This document shows positions 51,516-61,100 of a stretch of 64,000 nt of DNA, piece after piece. The notes under the pieces were generated by a model. It was not told the origin of the DNA, did not search any database, and worked only from the letters and a program-made list of their open reading frames with translations. Origin of the DNA: a virus. The stretch spans positions 1 through 64,000 of IMG/VR virus record IMGVR_UViG_3300032820_000003, one strand, 5' to 3'. The translations under genes were made by a program, and so were the position numbers. Position 1 is the first letter of the stretch. Each line of letters begins with the position of its first letter.

Positions 51516-53204
51516 TTATCCTCGATATCCACAGTAGAGACATAAATTGTTTGCTTTAACCCAAAACGATTCGACACAGATGCTTTCTTGACAGTCAGGA
51601 TTTGGAGCAGTCGCCCCAAGTTGATTCGTATCATTCCATGATAACTGAGTGTCTCCTGATTCTAAATCTTCTATTCCATCTTTTTTGCCACGTAATGTAG
51701 CTTCTATTTGTACGCTTGCCTTTGGTGCTGATTGTTCTCCGGGCGATACCGCCTCTAACCAATCTGTAGCACTCCCTACTGTTGTATAAACATCTTGCGA
51801 TAATTCATGACATGCTTGTAATGCCATTGCAACTGAGAAGAATGCGTCTCCGTGTCCCATAGGTGTTTCAGGTGCTTTCAATTCGTTACTTACAGATAAA
51901 ATCTGTTGAGTTTGTCGTTCATCTTGAAGCAGTTTTAAATTCCCAGAATGTACGAACTGCTCAAATATATGAGCCATCGTATTCTTAGATTTTAATGTAA
52001 ACGACATAGATCGCCATTTATGGTCTAATCCTCTATCCTCTAATTCTCCACGAGTATTATCTACATAACCCCGTGTAATATTAAAGTTTTCTGCCACTTC
52101 GTTCAGATACTCTACTTGATCTGAATAACTCCAACCATCTAACCATGATTGGTGTATCTGCTCCACTTTATCTCCAATCTTTCTGAAAATAACGAGATGT
52201 GATGGGTGTCTCTTTTTCCCCACATCAAACCCAGCGAATATTTGTTCATCAACCGATTCTGTATACGGTTTAGTTGTAGGTAGATTCCTCAACTCTGGGT
52301 CTTCTAAATTTTCTATATCTTCCTTATCAAAATATGATTCAGTCGAAAAATGTGGTACTAACAAAAACTCTGAAGCAAAAGACTTAGGTCTTGCTTTTTG
52401 TTGCTGTAGTAACCATTCTTCTGAGTATAACTCAGGCATTAAAACTCGCCTATTTGGGGCAGGGTCTAATGCTGGTAAGACTCTAGATTTAAATCTATCA
52501 TCTTTTTGTAACTTTGTCAAGAGGTCACCCGGCATCATGGGGGTTCCTAATACAATAGTAGGTACACCTTTTAAGGGAATGAATAAACTTTCCGTCATAA
52601 AATGGTCTTCTACTTTTGTAATCTGCCCCGTATTTAAAGGATTTTCAGGGTCACGTAAAACGTCATCTGCAATTAATGCCCCATTAACGTGCATACCTCT
52701 TTTAAAAGAAAACAATCCTCCATGCATAATTTCAATAGGTTTATTCTGTAAATAATACCTAAATGAATAATCAGCTTTTGGAGTCCTATTTACCATCATC
52801 TCTGAAAGAATAGGATTCCTAGAGATTTCTTTATTGATTTCAGATATATGATACTTAGCCATACCATCACTATAAGATAAATATAAGACTGACATGTCTC
52901 GTGTCGATTGTAATAATCTCCAAACACTAAAGGCATGTCCTAATATGGTTGACTTAAAATGAAACCGTGGTAACACAGCTACATAATTTAAGCCTTCCTG
53001 TAAACATTCTTCTATATCTTCTGCTACTTGTCCAACGTGCCATGCTTGAAAATATTCTGGGTGGTCAAATCCTTGCGACCATATGTCCCTAAGAAACTCC
53101 CAAAAGCTTCCAATACGAGTTGTTGTATGTGTAGTTAAGCCGTCAGATAATAATTCAAAAGCTTTACTAAATGTTGTTACATCGTTTGATTTAACCATCT
53201 CCAT
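51516..53204 (-). CDS. terL: Terminase large subunit
   Basis: PRFHFKS Walker A variant, IADD Walker B, GTP, GFDVG nuclease start, HGDAF. Confidence 0.88.
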   Translation of the reverse strand: MEMVKSNDVTTFSKAFELLSDGLTTHTTTRIGSFWEFLRDIWSQGFDHPEYFQAWHVGQVAEDIEECLQEGLNYVAVLPRFHFKSTILGHAFSVWRLLQSTRDMSVLYLSYSDGMAKYHISEINKEISRNPILSEMMVNRTPKADYSFRYYLQNKPIEIMHGGLFSFKRGMHVNGALIADDVLRDPENPLNTGQITKVEDHFMTESLFIPLKGVPTIVLGTPMMPGDLLTKLQKDDRFKSRVLPALDPAPNRRVLMPELYSEEWLLQQQKARPKSFASEFLLVPHFSTESYFDKEDIENLEDPELRNLPTTKPYTESVDEQIFAGFDVGKKRHPSHLVIFRKIGDKVEQIHQSWLDGWSYSDQVEYLNEVAENFNITRGYVDNTRGELEDRGLDHKWRSMSFTLKSKNTMAHIFEQFVHSGNLKLLQDERQTQQILSVSNELKAPETPMGHGDAFFSVAMALQACHELSQDVYTTVGSATDWLEAVSPGEQSAPKASVQIEATLRGKKDGIEDLESGDTQLSWNDTNQLGATAPNPDCQESICVESFWVKANNLCLYCGYRG

Positions 53205-53721
53205 CCTTTTGTACTAATGTTTTTAATTTAAAAGCAACTCGTTGTAATAAATCAGGGTCTTGAATTTCATCAATTAATACAGACATAACATCCTGTACAA
53301 ATTGAAGATTAATTAAACCTTCCATTACATGCCGCTCCCCTTGAATACTTAAATCTAATGCTTTAGCGGCATCAAAAGCACGATTAAAAGTTAAAGTACC
53401 TAATTCATTTACAGCTTTATGTCGTAATGATTCATATTCATTTAAATGCTCTTCTTGTAATCTCGCATATCGCTGTGTTTCAGATTCCTGTACTTTTGTT
53501 ATAGCATCAGCACGGGTGGCTAATTTTGTATCTTTCCACCCGTCTGACTTAATCCATGAATAAACTGTTGAGGTGGCTACCTTAACATTAAATTCTTTAC
53601 TTAATTCATCAGAGATTGTTTCTGCGGTATTATCCCCAGCTAAGTACAATTCTAACGCTTTAAGTTTTACCTCTTCAGGTAGTTTCTTAGGCATTACCTG
53701 ATCCAAATGCGTATCCGCCAC
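53191..53721 (-). CDS. terS: Terminase small subunit (HTH)
   Basis: N-terminal HTH (ALELY..TVYSW..GW), directly upstream of TerL. Confidence 0.7.
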   Translation of the reverse strand: MADTHLDQVMPKKLPEEVKLKALELYLAGDNTAETISDELSKEFNVKVATSTVYSWIKSDGWKDTKLATRADAITKVQESETQRYARLQEEHLNEYESLRHKAVNELGTLTFNRAFDAAKALDLSIQGERHVMEGLINLQFVQDVMSVLIDEIQDPDLLQRVAFKLKTLVQKDGDG

Positions 53722-54175
53722 CGTATTTTCCTACAGCTTGCGAATCTATATTTCCTCCATATGGAGAACCATCAGCTTGCATAAGTCTAGAAAAATCTAT
53801 ATGACCTGTTTTACCGTTTTTTGCAGCTACATGACAATAAGGTACATCTACTTTACCGCCTGTCGTATTACGTACAGGTCTATGCCTAATTACAATTTCA
53901 TCTTCTCTACCACATATTCGTGAAAAAATAGCTTCTTGCTCGTTGAGTGGTTTAAAATGTTTATTTCCCTGAACAGTTCCTTGAGTTCTTTGATAATCAA
54001 CTACTCGTTTGTTCCAAAAACAATCTTTAAATTCACACCAAACAATCTTGCCAAATTCGTTTTTCATATCTTCTTCTGTTACCCCTTCAGGTAACTTATC
54101 TTTATATTCCAGTCTTTCATGATATGATTCATTATATTGAATTCTAATCTGATCTGGGCTATTCTTGGGTTCCAT
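53687..54175 (-). CDS. Hypothetical Cys-containing protein
   Basis: 162 aa; C....C.WN..C..C. Confidence 0.65.
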   Translation of the reverse strand: MEPKNSPDQIRIQYNESYHERLEYKDKLPEGVTEEDMKNEFGKIVWCEFKDCFWNKRVVDYQRTQGTVQGNKHFKPLNEQEAIFSRICGREDEIVIRHRPVRNTTGGKVDVPYCHVAAKNGKTGHIDFSRLMQADGSPYGGNIDSQAVGKYGGGYAFGSGNA

Positions 54176-54674
54176 TTATATCCTCCTGTTTCTTCCATAG
54201 TGCAATACAAGCAGCGTCTGCAAAGTCTTGCTCTTTAAATACTTCACCCCACTTGTCTATTGCATACTGTTTAATTTCTTTTTTTGAACAGTTTCCTTTT
54301 CCTACTATTTGCCTTTTCCATTTTGTATTGTCAACATAACAACAATTTATGTTTAGTATATCACACACAAAACGGACAACTCCAATTACTGAAGCAATGG
54401 AAATGGTGGCCTTGGGATTCTGGATAAAAATCGCAGATTCCACAGCAGCTAACATATCATTCCTTAATAAAAGGGTATGTTTTATTGTACTAAGTTCAGC
54501 CAAAAATTCCCTACTAAAAGATTGGAAACGGCTATCAAAATCTTTCTCTTTGCTACCCCATTTATACTGAGCAACAATCTCTTCGTTCTGGTTAATTATT
54601 ACGCCATGAATTGCTTTACTAGAACAGTCTAAACCTAAATAATATTTATTAACTATTGTTTCTTGATTCCCCAT
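54159..54674 (-). CDS. ruvC: RuvC-like Holliday junction resolvase
   Basis: LGLD, VE, WK...G.GN..K, D.ADA motifs. Confidence 0.85.
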   Translation of the reverse strand: MGNQETIVNKYYLGLDCSSKAIHGVIINQNEEIVAQYKWGSKEKDFDSRFQSFSREFLAELSTIKHTLLLRNDMLAAVESAIFIQNPKATISIASVIGVVRFVCDILNINCCYVDNTKWKRQIVGKGNCSKKEIKQYAIDKWGEVFKEQDFADAACIALWKKQEDINGTQE

Positions 54675-55167
54675 AAGTCCTCAAAGTTACTATTCTAGAA
54701 ACTGCGTCATAGGCAGATTTATAGGCGTTTAATAAACCTCCCATTTTCTGATGTAGGGCTGACTGTTCTATTATTTCTTGGCGTAATTCTTTTAGAGAAG
54801 GGTACTTACTAAGAGCAGCACCTCTAACTTCTTCTCTGGTTAACTTTTTCTGCCCCCCATCTTCTCGTTCTTCTGCAATTCTAAAAATGGCAGTTGCATA
54901 TCCTTCATCAAAAGCAGCTTCTAAGGCTTTTCGTTTAGCTTCACAATCAGCTACTTGGGCTTCTAAATATGCTTTATATCCACCGTAAGCAATTAAAAAT
55001 TCTTCTAGCTTACGATTATCATGATTCATTAAATTTGCAAACTCTAAATCGTCCCTATCAGATAAATCTGTTTTAAACTGTGGTATATTTAATGTACGTA
55101 GTTCATTTTCTGCATTTGCTAACGCTTTAATTGGACTCCATGCTGTTTGCTTTGTTTCTATTTTCAT
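54649..55167 (-). CDS. Helical protein, possible UvsY-like recombination mediator
   Basis: Long helices ending SR..T.R; sits in the recombination cluster. Confidence 0.45.
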   Translation of the reverse strand: MKIETKQTAWSPIKALANAENELRTLNIPQFKTDLSDRDDLEFANLMNHDNRKLEEFLIAYGGYKAYLEAQVADCEAKRKALEAAFDEGYATAIFRIAEEREDGGQKKLTREEVRGAALSKYPSLKELRQEIIEQSALHQKMGGLLNAYKSAYDAVSRIVTLRTYGESRNNS

Positions 55168-55867
55168 CTTTTACCTCCCTACAAGCACAATAAAATTCAC
55201 CTGTACATTCAAGAGGAACTTCATTCGGAGTCATATTCATAATACGAATACACCTCTCTAATATTTCGTCCCATACTTTCTTGTCTTTAACTATTTTAAA
55301 GGCTTTCATATCTTGATCATTTTTATTTTCGTACACTACAATTCCATTTTTTAATCCCATTAGGTTTAAATATATCTGTAATTGTATAACGTGTTCAGGT
55401 TTGGGCTGATCGATTAAATTTTCAAACCCTCGTGCATTAATAGTTTTTAACTCTACTATTGCTCTATCTGTATCTTTATACCGTATTAAAAAGTCGTATC
55501 GTCCTGAAATAGGTGGATTATCAAACTTTAATGTTTGTTCAGCAGCTAAAAATAATCCTGCTTTTCTTAAATATTTCTCCATCCTAGTCTCAAACGCCCC
55601 ACCCGTATCAAATATACGCTGTGTTTGTGGGGTTACTTCCTGTGCGGGTAATCCACCGTGATAAGCAAAATATAAATATCGATCACATCTATTCCCTAAT
55701 GCAGATGGGTAAAACTTCTGAACAGCTTTCCACGGTCTAGTATAACCTAATACGCTGTCTATCTGCTTTAGAAACCACCTATCTTGATTCTTAACTCTGG
55801 GTTTAGAAGATTTCGCTCTCGGCTTCTTTTTCTTTTGTTGTTTTACAAGTTGTCTAATGCTTGCCAT
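55127..55867 (-). CDS. Cas4-like PD-(D/E)xK exonuclease
   Basis: PSAL..C.R, GRYD, ELKT, QLQIY, C-terminal C....C.C. Confidence 0.85.
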   Translation of the reverse strand: MASIRQLVKQQKKKKPRAKSSKPRVKNQDRWFLKQIDSVLGYTRPWKAVQKFYPSALGNRCDRYLYFAYHGGLPAQEVTPQTQRIFDTGGAFETRMEKYLRKAGLFLAAEQTLKFDNPPISGRYDFLIRYKDTDRAIVELKTINARGFENLIDQPKPEHVIQLQIYLNLMGLKNGIVVYENKNDQDMKAFKIVKDKKVWDEILERCIRIMNMTPNEVPLECTGEFYCACREVKDENRNKANSMESN

Positions 55868-56196
55868 AAAACCTTTTTAATCTCCTCCTTATTTGTTTCC
55901 TTAATATGTAATACGTTTGTAATAGCTGGTATCTCTAATAATTCCATATCACGTTTTACATCTCGTTTTTTAAGATGCCCGTAAACCCCATCCGCTTCAA
56001 TAACTAATCCAATTTCAGCAATCCAGAAATCTACTATATAATTAATAAATGAATATTGTGTGTCATATCGTAACCCACATTCATCAAGTAAATGTTGAAT
56101 ATGCTGCTCTTGTTGAGTATAGTCTTTAGGCCGCAAGTTCACTTTTAAGCACCTCAAACAAGTCTGGGTTCTCTGTAAATAATTTACGGACTCCAT
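55843..56196 (-). CDS. DUF559/Vsr-like endonuclease
   Basis: YIVDF....LVIEADG..H...D..RD; true start probably ~56136. Confidence 0.8.
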   Translation of the reverse strand: MESVNYLQRTQTCLRCLKVNLRPKDYTQQEQHIQHLLDECGLRYDTQYSFINYIVDFWIAEIGLVIEADGVYGHLKKRDVKRDMELLEIPAITNVLHIKETNKEEIKKVLWQALDNL

Positions 56197-57067
56197 TCAA
56201 ACCCATAGCTTTCTGTTCTTTATATGCATACCACGGGCCTGATTGAGTAATTAATTTTGCCTCAATCCCATCTCGGATATAACTTTCAGTAACATCAATT
56301 CCACCTTCCACTCTAAATGGTACGGTAGCTGAATTCCAATTCTCGCCCCCAACTTTACTCTTACGTAATCGGACTTCCATATCAAAACCAACATTAGTAG
56401 TTCCTTCTTTAATCCAACCACTTCGTCTGACTTGTAATAAGAAGTGGGCAAAGAAAGCTTGGGCTAACCCACCCGGCATATTATCTAAGGCTACAGGCCC
56501 AATACTACTTCTAACTTGGTTAATAGCTACTAAAGCTGAACCGTGTTTTAAATTAGGTAGTATTCTAGGCAATGAACTATTTACAAATCGTGCTTGCCAT
56601 GCCATTGGATTATAAGAAAAGTCTTCATCATGTACTGCTGTAGGAACTAGTCCTGCAATACTGTCTAAAACTATTACGTCTACTCCTGCCCTCATTAATT
56701 CTCTAGCTGTATCCATTGCTTCTTCACCATTGATCGGTTGGGCAACCATAACCTTTGATGAATCAATACCACATTTCTCAACCCAAGCTGAGTCCCATGA
56801 TAATTCTGTATCTATCCACGCTGTAGTCCCTCCATTTCTCTGTGCATTTGCGACAACCTGAGAGGCTAAATATGACTTACCTACATTAGTTGGGCCATAT
56901 AAAATGGTCATTCTCTTTTTAGGTATGCCACCACCAGTAAGATTATCAAGAACAGGGATATTGAAAGGGATTCTTCCAAAAGAAAAGTCGTCACTATCTC
57001 CCCTCCTTAAATTCATTGTTTTGTTTTGTAATAATGATTCTATTACATCTTCAGCACTATTTTTCAT
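56126..57067 (-). CDS. recA: RecA/UvsX recombinase
   Basis: GGGIP, GPTNVGKS, IDTE, DSIA.L.P, QAR, INQVR, PGG. Confidence 0.93.
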   Translation of the reverse strand: MKNSAEDVIESLLQNKTMNLRRGDSDDFSFGRIPFNIPVLDNLTGGGIPKKRMTILYGPTNVGKSYLASQVVANAQRNGGTTAWIDTELSWDSAWVEKCGIDSSKVMVAQPINGEEAMDTARELMRAGVDVIVLDSIAGLVPTAVHDEDFSYNPMAWQARFVNSSLPRILPNLKHGSALVAINQVRSSIGPVALDNMPGGLAQAFFAHFLLQVRRSGWIKEGTTNVGFDMEVRLRKSKVGGENWNSATVPFRVEGGIDVTESYIRDGIEAKLITQSGPWYAYKEQKAMGLNGVRKLFTENPDLFEVLKSELAA

Positions 57068-57334
57068 TTAACCCTCCTTACGTTGATGGATCGCTTCTGC
57101 CCATGCAAAATATACAGCACAGGCTTGAATAATCTCCTCGTACATATTTTCATCGTCTTTTTCCCAAATGGCTCGTGCTACTTCACCATTCTCTTCTGTT
57201 GCTATGACATTCCAATATTCATCTGAATGTCCTGATTGGTTACCATACATTGTATCTTGACGCTCTCTTTCTGCAAGAACTGCCTCTAAGACTATTGCCC
57301 TAGTAACCTCGTTTTTAATTGCTTGATCCTTCAT
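57068..57334 (-). CDS. MazG-like NTP pyrophosphohydrolase
   Basis: ER.RQ...G.Q, EE.GEVA, EE+IQ..AV. Confidence 0.8.
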   Translation of the reverse strand: MKDQAIKNEVTRAIVLEAVLAERERQDTMYGNQSGHSDEYWNVIATEENGEVARAIWEKDDENMYEEIIQACAVYFAWAEAIHQRKEG

Positions 57335-57539
57335 CTAATACCTCTGTTATTTTATTATCGACTTCATCCTTCATATACCCCCAGATTTGATTAGCGGTAT
57401 CTTTAACCTCGGCTAATTGAACATCAACCGGGACTTCGGTGTCGATTTGATCTACATTCAAGTCTATCCTAGCATATTGATTTGTTGCTAAGTCTCCAAC
57501 TCTAAATGTAAACCCTAAATGCATACTTACTTTTGCCAT
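57315..57539 (-). CDS. Conserved phage hypothetical protein
   Basis: 74 aa; V...LGFT...G..Y.RID. Confidence 0.7.
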   Translation of the reverse strand: MAKVSMHLGFTFRVGDLATNQYARIDLNVDQIDTEVPVDVQLAEVKDTANQIWGYMKDEVDNKITEVLDEGSSN

Positions 57540-57838
57540 TCTTGTTCCTCCTCTAATTTAAGTGTAAAACATTCTCTTTGTAGCATTAAACCAATTATAG
57601 CATATCCTGCTATATCAGTAAAGCTATCTTCTATTGCTTCATGTTTAGGCGTTTTAGCTGTCCATAACAAGTGTTTTAATCTGCCTATTTTGTCCCATAG
57701 GCGGACGATTAAGCCCTGTTCTTTGAAAACTAGTATATTATCAGGGCCGTAGTCTTTATGCTTCTCTATGACCGTCCTAGCCACCTCTAAAGCGATGTTA
57801 CGACACGCCTGATCAAATGTACCCTCACTCTGTCGCAT
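57527..57838 (-). CDS. Nucleotide-modification-associated domain 1 (Nmad1/DUF1599-like)
   Basis: K..DYG, VRL.DK..RL, E.IED...D+AGY signature. Confidence 0.85.
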   Translation of the reverse strand: MRQSEGTFDQACRNIALEVARTVIEKHKDYGPDNILVFKEQGLIVRLWDKIGRLKHLLWTAKTPKHEAIEDSFTDIAGYAIIGLMLQRECFTLKLEEEQEWQK

Positions 57839-58151
57839 CTTCCTTCTCCCATTTCTGAACCTTATCTAATACATATACATGTAAATCTGCTCCAAGTCCT
57901 GATGCAAAAGCAGCTAAACGTATTACATTATCTAATGTTTCTGAATATAACTCTCTATGTTCTTTACTATTTTCATCTGCTCTGTACCATGAATTTTGAA
58001 TCGCTTTTATCCTATCATCTAAATCCTGTATTCTTGTAGCTATCTCTAATTTATCTCCCCATTGAGGATTGTCTTTTAAAGATGCGGTTCCATGTGGAGT
58101 ATTAACTATTTCTGTCATAACTACCTCGTTTTTTACCATAATTATAATCAA
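57825..58151 (-). CDS. Helical protein, possibly degenerate MazG-like
   Basis: E.....IRL...A...G.DL......K pattern; acidic catalytic EExxE not evident. Confidence 0.45.
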   Translation of the reverse strand: MIIIMVKNEVVMTEIVNTPHGTASLKDNPQWGDKLEIATRIQDLDDRIKAIQNSWYRADENSKEHRELYSETLDNVIRLAAFASGLGADLHVYVLDKVQKWEKEDATE

Positions 58152-58335
58152 TAGGATGTGGAATAGAATCTATCTCTGTTTTTAACTCTTTATATTCGTT
58201 ATAACGTTTATTAGCTTTATAGGTAGCATATGCACCTCCAACAATTCCAGCTGCTCCGCCAATTACTCCTGCCACAATCCCAAATATTTTTCTCTTTTTC
58301 ATATCTTTCACTCCCAATCTATATAATTTTCGCAT
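58102..58335 (-). CDS. Small membrane protein
   Basis: Gly/Ala-rich TM helix. Confidence 0.55.
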   Translation of the reverse strand: MRKLYRLGVKDMKKRKIFGIVAGVIGGAAGIVGGAYATYKANKRYNEYKELKTEIDSIPHPIDYNYGKKRGSYDRNS

Positions 58336-60266
58336 GATTCTTTTACGACTGGTTCATACATAAAGTCTTTTTTAGTCGCCCATGATGGCGAACATTCTTC
58401 CATATCTACATATAATGGTATATCTAAACTATTTTGCTCTAATAAAGATTTAATTTGGTTAGGTACTTCTTCTAACTCGGAGTTATCTATTTCACAAATG
58501 ATCTCATCATGAACTTGTAATAACATTCTGCTTTTCTTATCAGCTAAGTATTGAGCAACTGAAATCATTCGTTCACTTAATATATCAGCACTTGTGCCTT
58601 GAACAAGGTAATTAACTCCTTTATAGCCTAACTCTTTTTTAATCCTATATAAGCGTCCATATCTATTTCGTATCCATCCTCTACTCTCTACCGTACTAAC
58701 TACAGAATCAAAAAATTCTTTTGACCCTTTCAACCCTGCAAAATACTGCTTTTTATACCGTCCTGCCTCAATAGGAGTAGTTCCTAATTGTACAGCGAGT
58801 TTATTACGCCCAATTCCATATATAGTTCCAAAGGTAATCGCTTTCGCCATTTGCCTATAAAACTTAAAGTCCTTAGACTCCTCATCAACATTAAAAGCTA
58901 ATTTAGCTGCTTCACCATGAAAATCAGTATCTGATCTTTTAAGTAACTCATTAATCTCCTCGTTCTGTAAATAACTTAAAAAGACTCTAACTTCCATTTG
59001 AGAATAGTCAAAACCAATTAATGTTTTTTCAGGTCGGGATATAAATAATCTACGAATAGCTATTTGAGTAGGATCAGTATCATCATAATATTCATCCCCT
59101 AAATATCCCCATGTTTGAATCACATTATCAGATAAATCGGTTTGAGACGAGCCACCTTTAGATGCTATCAAAGCTGATACCCTAGACCGTACATCTCGCA
59201 ACTGATCTTCTGTTAATTCCTCATTTGACAATCTAAAATAGTTTCGGGGAATATTTTGAAGGTTAGGTTCTCGTGATGAAAGCCTACCAGTTAACGTACC
59301 CCAATTACAAAAAGATGTATGCATAACAGGTTTCTCTAAATAAGGTTCTATATATGTAGACCTTAATTTTTCTAATGTCCTATATTGCCTAACTAGTCCT
59401 GCAAGAGGATGATTAATTTGAATCAACGCAGCTTCACCCCAAGATTGCTTACCTTTAGGTGTAGTTTCTGGTGAAAAAATACCATTGTTGTTAAATACCT
59501 CACCTAACTGTGCCGTACTATTTATATTAAACTCTCCAACATCACTATATATCTGCCTTTCTATTTCACTTTTACGCTGTTCAATCTTTCCCATAACATA
59601 TTCTGCATATTTAGTATCTACTGAGATTCCAGACTCTTCCATATTTAATAAAACTTTAGTTAAAGCTTTCTCCATTTCAAAAATATCCATTTGATTAGTA
59701 GCTTCTAACTTAGCTAATCTATCATTATATAATGTTCTAGTCCACTCAACATCTTTTATACAATAAGGGCCTAGTATAGTAGGTGGGGCTAACGAAAAGT
59801 CTTTATTCCATTTATTGGAACGCAACACTTTTTTAGTTTCTATATCATAAGCCCCTGCCTCATCACCATAACTACGTTTTAAAGTGCTTGTTAAATCTAA
59901 ATCTTTCACTACAGCGGGTTCTGTTAATCTAACCATTACTAATACATCAATTAATTCTATATTAGTTACATCTAAACCGTCCTGCTGTAAAAAGTGAAGA
60001 TCGAATTTAACATTATAACCAATTAAACTCTTTCTTAAATTCATTACATCTATTAATTCTTTTAATGCTGTAGGAGGTAGATTTGTTCCTTGTTGATGCC
60101 TTACAGGAAAGTAATACGCTGCATTTTCTACTGCGATCCCAATCCCACATATCTGATTCATACCAAAATAATCTAAACCATTTGTCTCAACATCTACTAT
60201 CCACGTATCTGAAGAACGTAACTGAGTTAATACTTCTGCAAAATCTGTTAAATTATCAACTATCAT
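58308..60266 (-). CDS. polA: Family A DNA polymerase with 3'-5' exonuclease
   Basis: DVETNGL, NVKFD, TGRLSS..PNLQNIP, DYSQMEVR, R..AKAITFG..YG, QGTSAD, QVHDE. Confidence 0.95.
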   Translation of the reverse strand: MIVDNLTDFAEVLTQLRSSDTWIVDVETNGLDYFGMNQICGIGIAVENAAYYFPVRHQQGTNLPPTALKELIDVMNLRKSLIGYNVKFDLHFLQQDGLDVTNIELIDVLVMVRLTEPAVVKDLDLTSTLKRSYGDEAGAYDIETKKVLRSNKWNKDFSLAPPTILGPYCIKDVEWTRTLYNDRLAKLEATNQMDIFEMEKALTKVLLNMEESGISVDTKYAEYVMGKIEQRKSEIERQIYSDVGEFNINSTAQLGEVFNNNGIFSPETTPKGKQSWGEAALIQINHPLAGLVRQYRTLEKLRSTYIEPYLEKPVMHTSFCNWGTLTGRLSSREPNLQNIPRNYFRLSNEELTEDQLRDVRSRVSALIASKGGSSQTDLSDNVIQTWGYLGDEYYDDTDPTQIAIRRLFISRPEKTLIGFDYSQMEVRVFLSYLQNEEINELLKRSDTDFHGEAAKLAFNVDEESKDFKFYRQMAKAITFGTIYGIGRNKLAVQLGTTPIEAGRYKKQYFAGLKGSKEFFDSVVSTVESRGWIRNRYGRLYRIKKELGYKGVNYLVQGTSADILSERMISVAQYLADKKSRMLLQVHDEIICEIDNSELEEVPNQIKSLLEQNSLDIPLYVDMEECSPSWATKKDFMYEPVVKESCENYIDWE

Positions 60267-60373
60267 TATTTCTCCTTAGTAGGCTTTCAGGTATAGCCTT
60301 TACAGCAAGCCTTGCCACGATCGGTGAGCGGTAAAATCCCTTTAAACCATACTCCGTATCTTGTCTGTGCATA

Positions 60374-61081
60374 TTAACTAAACAAGTTTTCCTTGTCAGT
60401 AGTTAGATTTACTACTTCAGCACTAGCTGACCCGTTGAGAGACGGGGCGGGTGTACCACCGTATCGCTCTCTAAAGTAACCTTTAATAGTTGGCAGATCA
60501 TCAATCTCTGTCAACTTATCGGCAGGGATTTCCTCACTACGAGCAGTAGCTGCTAGAGTATATGATGTGTCATACATTCCAGTACCAGTCCTCTTAATTC
60601 GCATTACACCTTTATCCAAGGCTCCCCAATCGTTGTATATATCCACTAACTGGTTCCATATGTAGTTAGATCGTCCAAAAGTTAGAGCAATAACTCTGAA
60701 GTCATTAACCTCTTCCTTATAAAGTTTCCTTCCACTTGGCCCCTGTATTTCCATCCACGACTCATTACGTCTTTCTGGGTGCAGAATTTCATGTACATAT
60801 GCCCAAAAAGCGAATTTATGTGCGGGCCTAGTGTTTTCAGGAATGTCACTAGTATCAATCCCATCATCGGACAGCTTGTTTGTCCAACGATTATCTACTC
60901 TATACGTATACATATAGATTTCATCAAATCTCTCATCACCCTCTTCGCCAGTTGCGACAGGTGTTAAGAAGGCTTGATCACCATCTCTAAACCAAACTTC
61001 CCTTCCGGGAGTTCCTCCACCCGAATTTCCACTTCCTATATTCTCTTGTTTTTGTGCTATTCTTGCAATACCACTTGTCAT
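60374..61081 (-). CDS. Single-stranded DNA-binding protein (putative)
   Basis: Between primase and polymerase; IKRTGTG..T.Y motif; C-terminal LF. Confidence 0.7.
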   Translation of the reverse strand: MTSGIARIAQKQENIGSGNSGGGTPGREVWFRDGDQAFLTPVATGEEGDERFDEIYMYTYRVDNRWTNKLSDDGIDTSDIPENTRPAHKFAFWAYVHEILHPERRNESWMEIQGPSGRKLYKEEVNDFRVIALTFGRSNYIWNQLVDIYNDWGALDKGVMRIKRTGTGMYDTSYTLAATARSEEIPADKLTEIDDLPTIKGYFRERYGGTPAPSLNGSASAEVVNLTTDKENLFS

Positions 61082-61100
61082 AATAAATTCCTCCTTTATA

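Noticed and set aside
58308-60266. Intein or intron in DNA polymerase, RNR, helicase or terminase
   Set aside because: Lengths are normal; the short insert after PNLQNIP has no intein terminal motifs.
60267-60373. Possible structured RNA or small ORF between SSB and polymerase
   Set aside because: Only short stems (AGGCT/AGCCT) and no RBS; not enough support.
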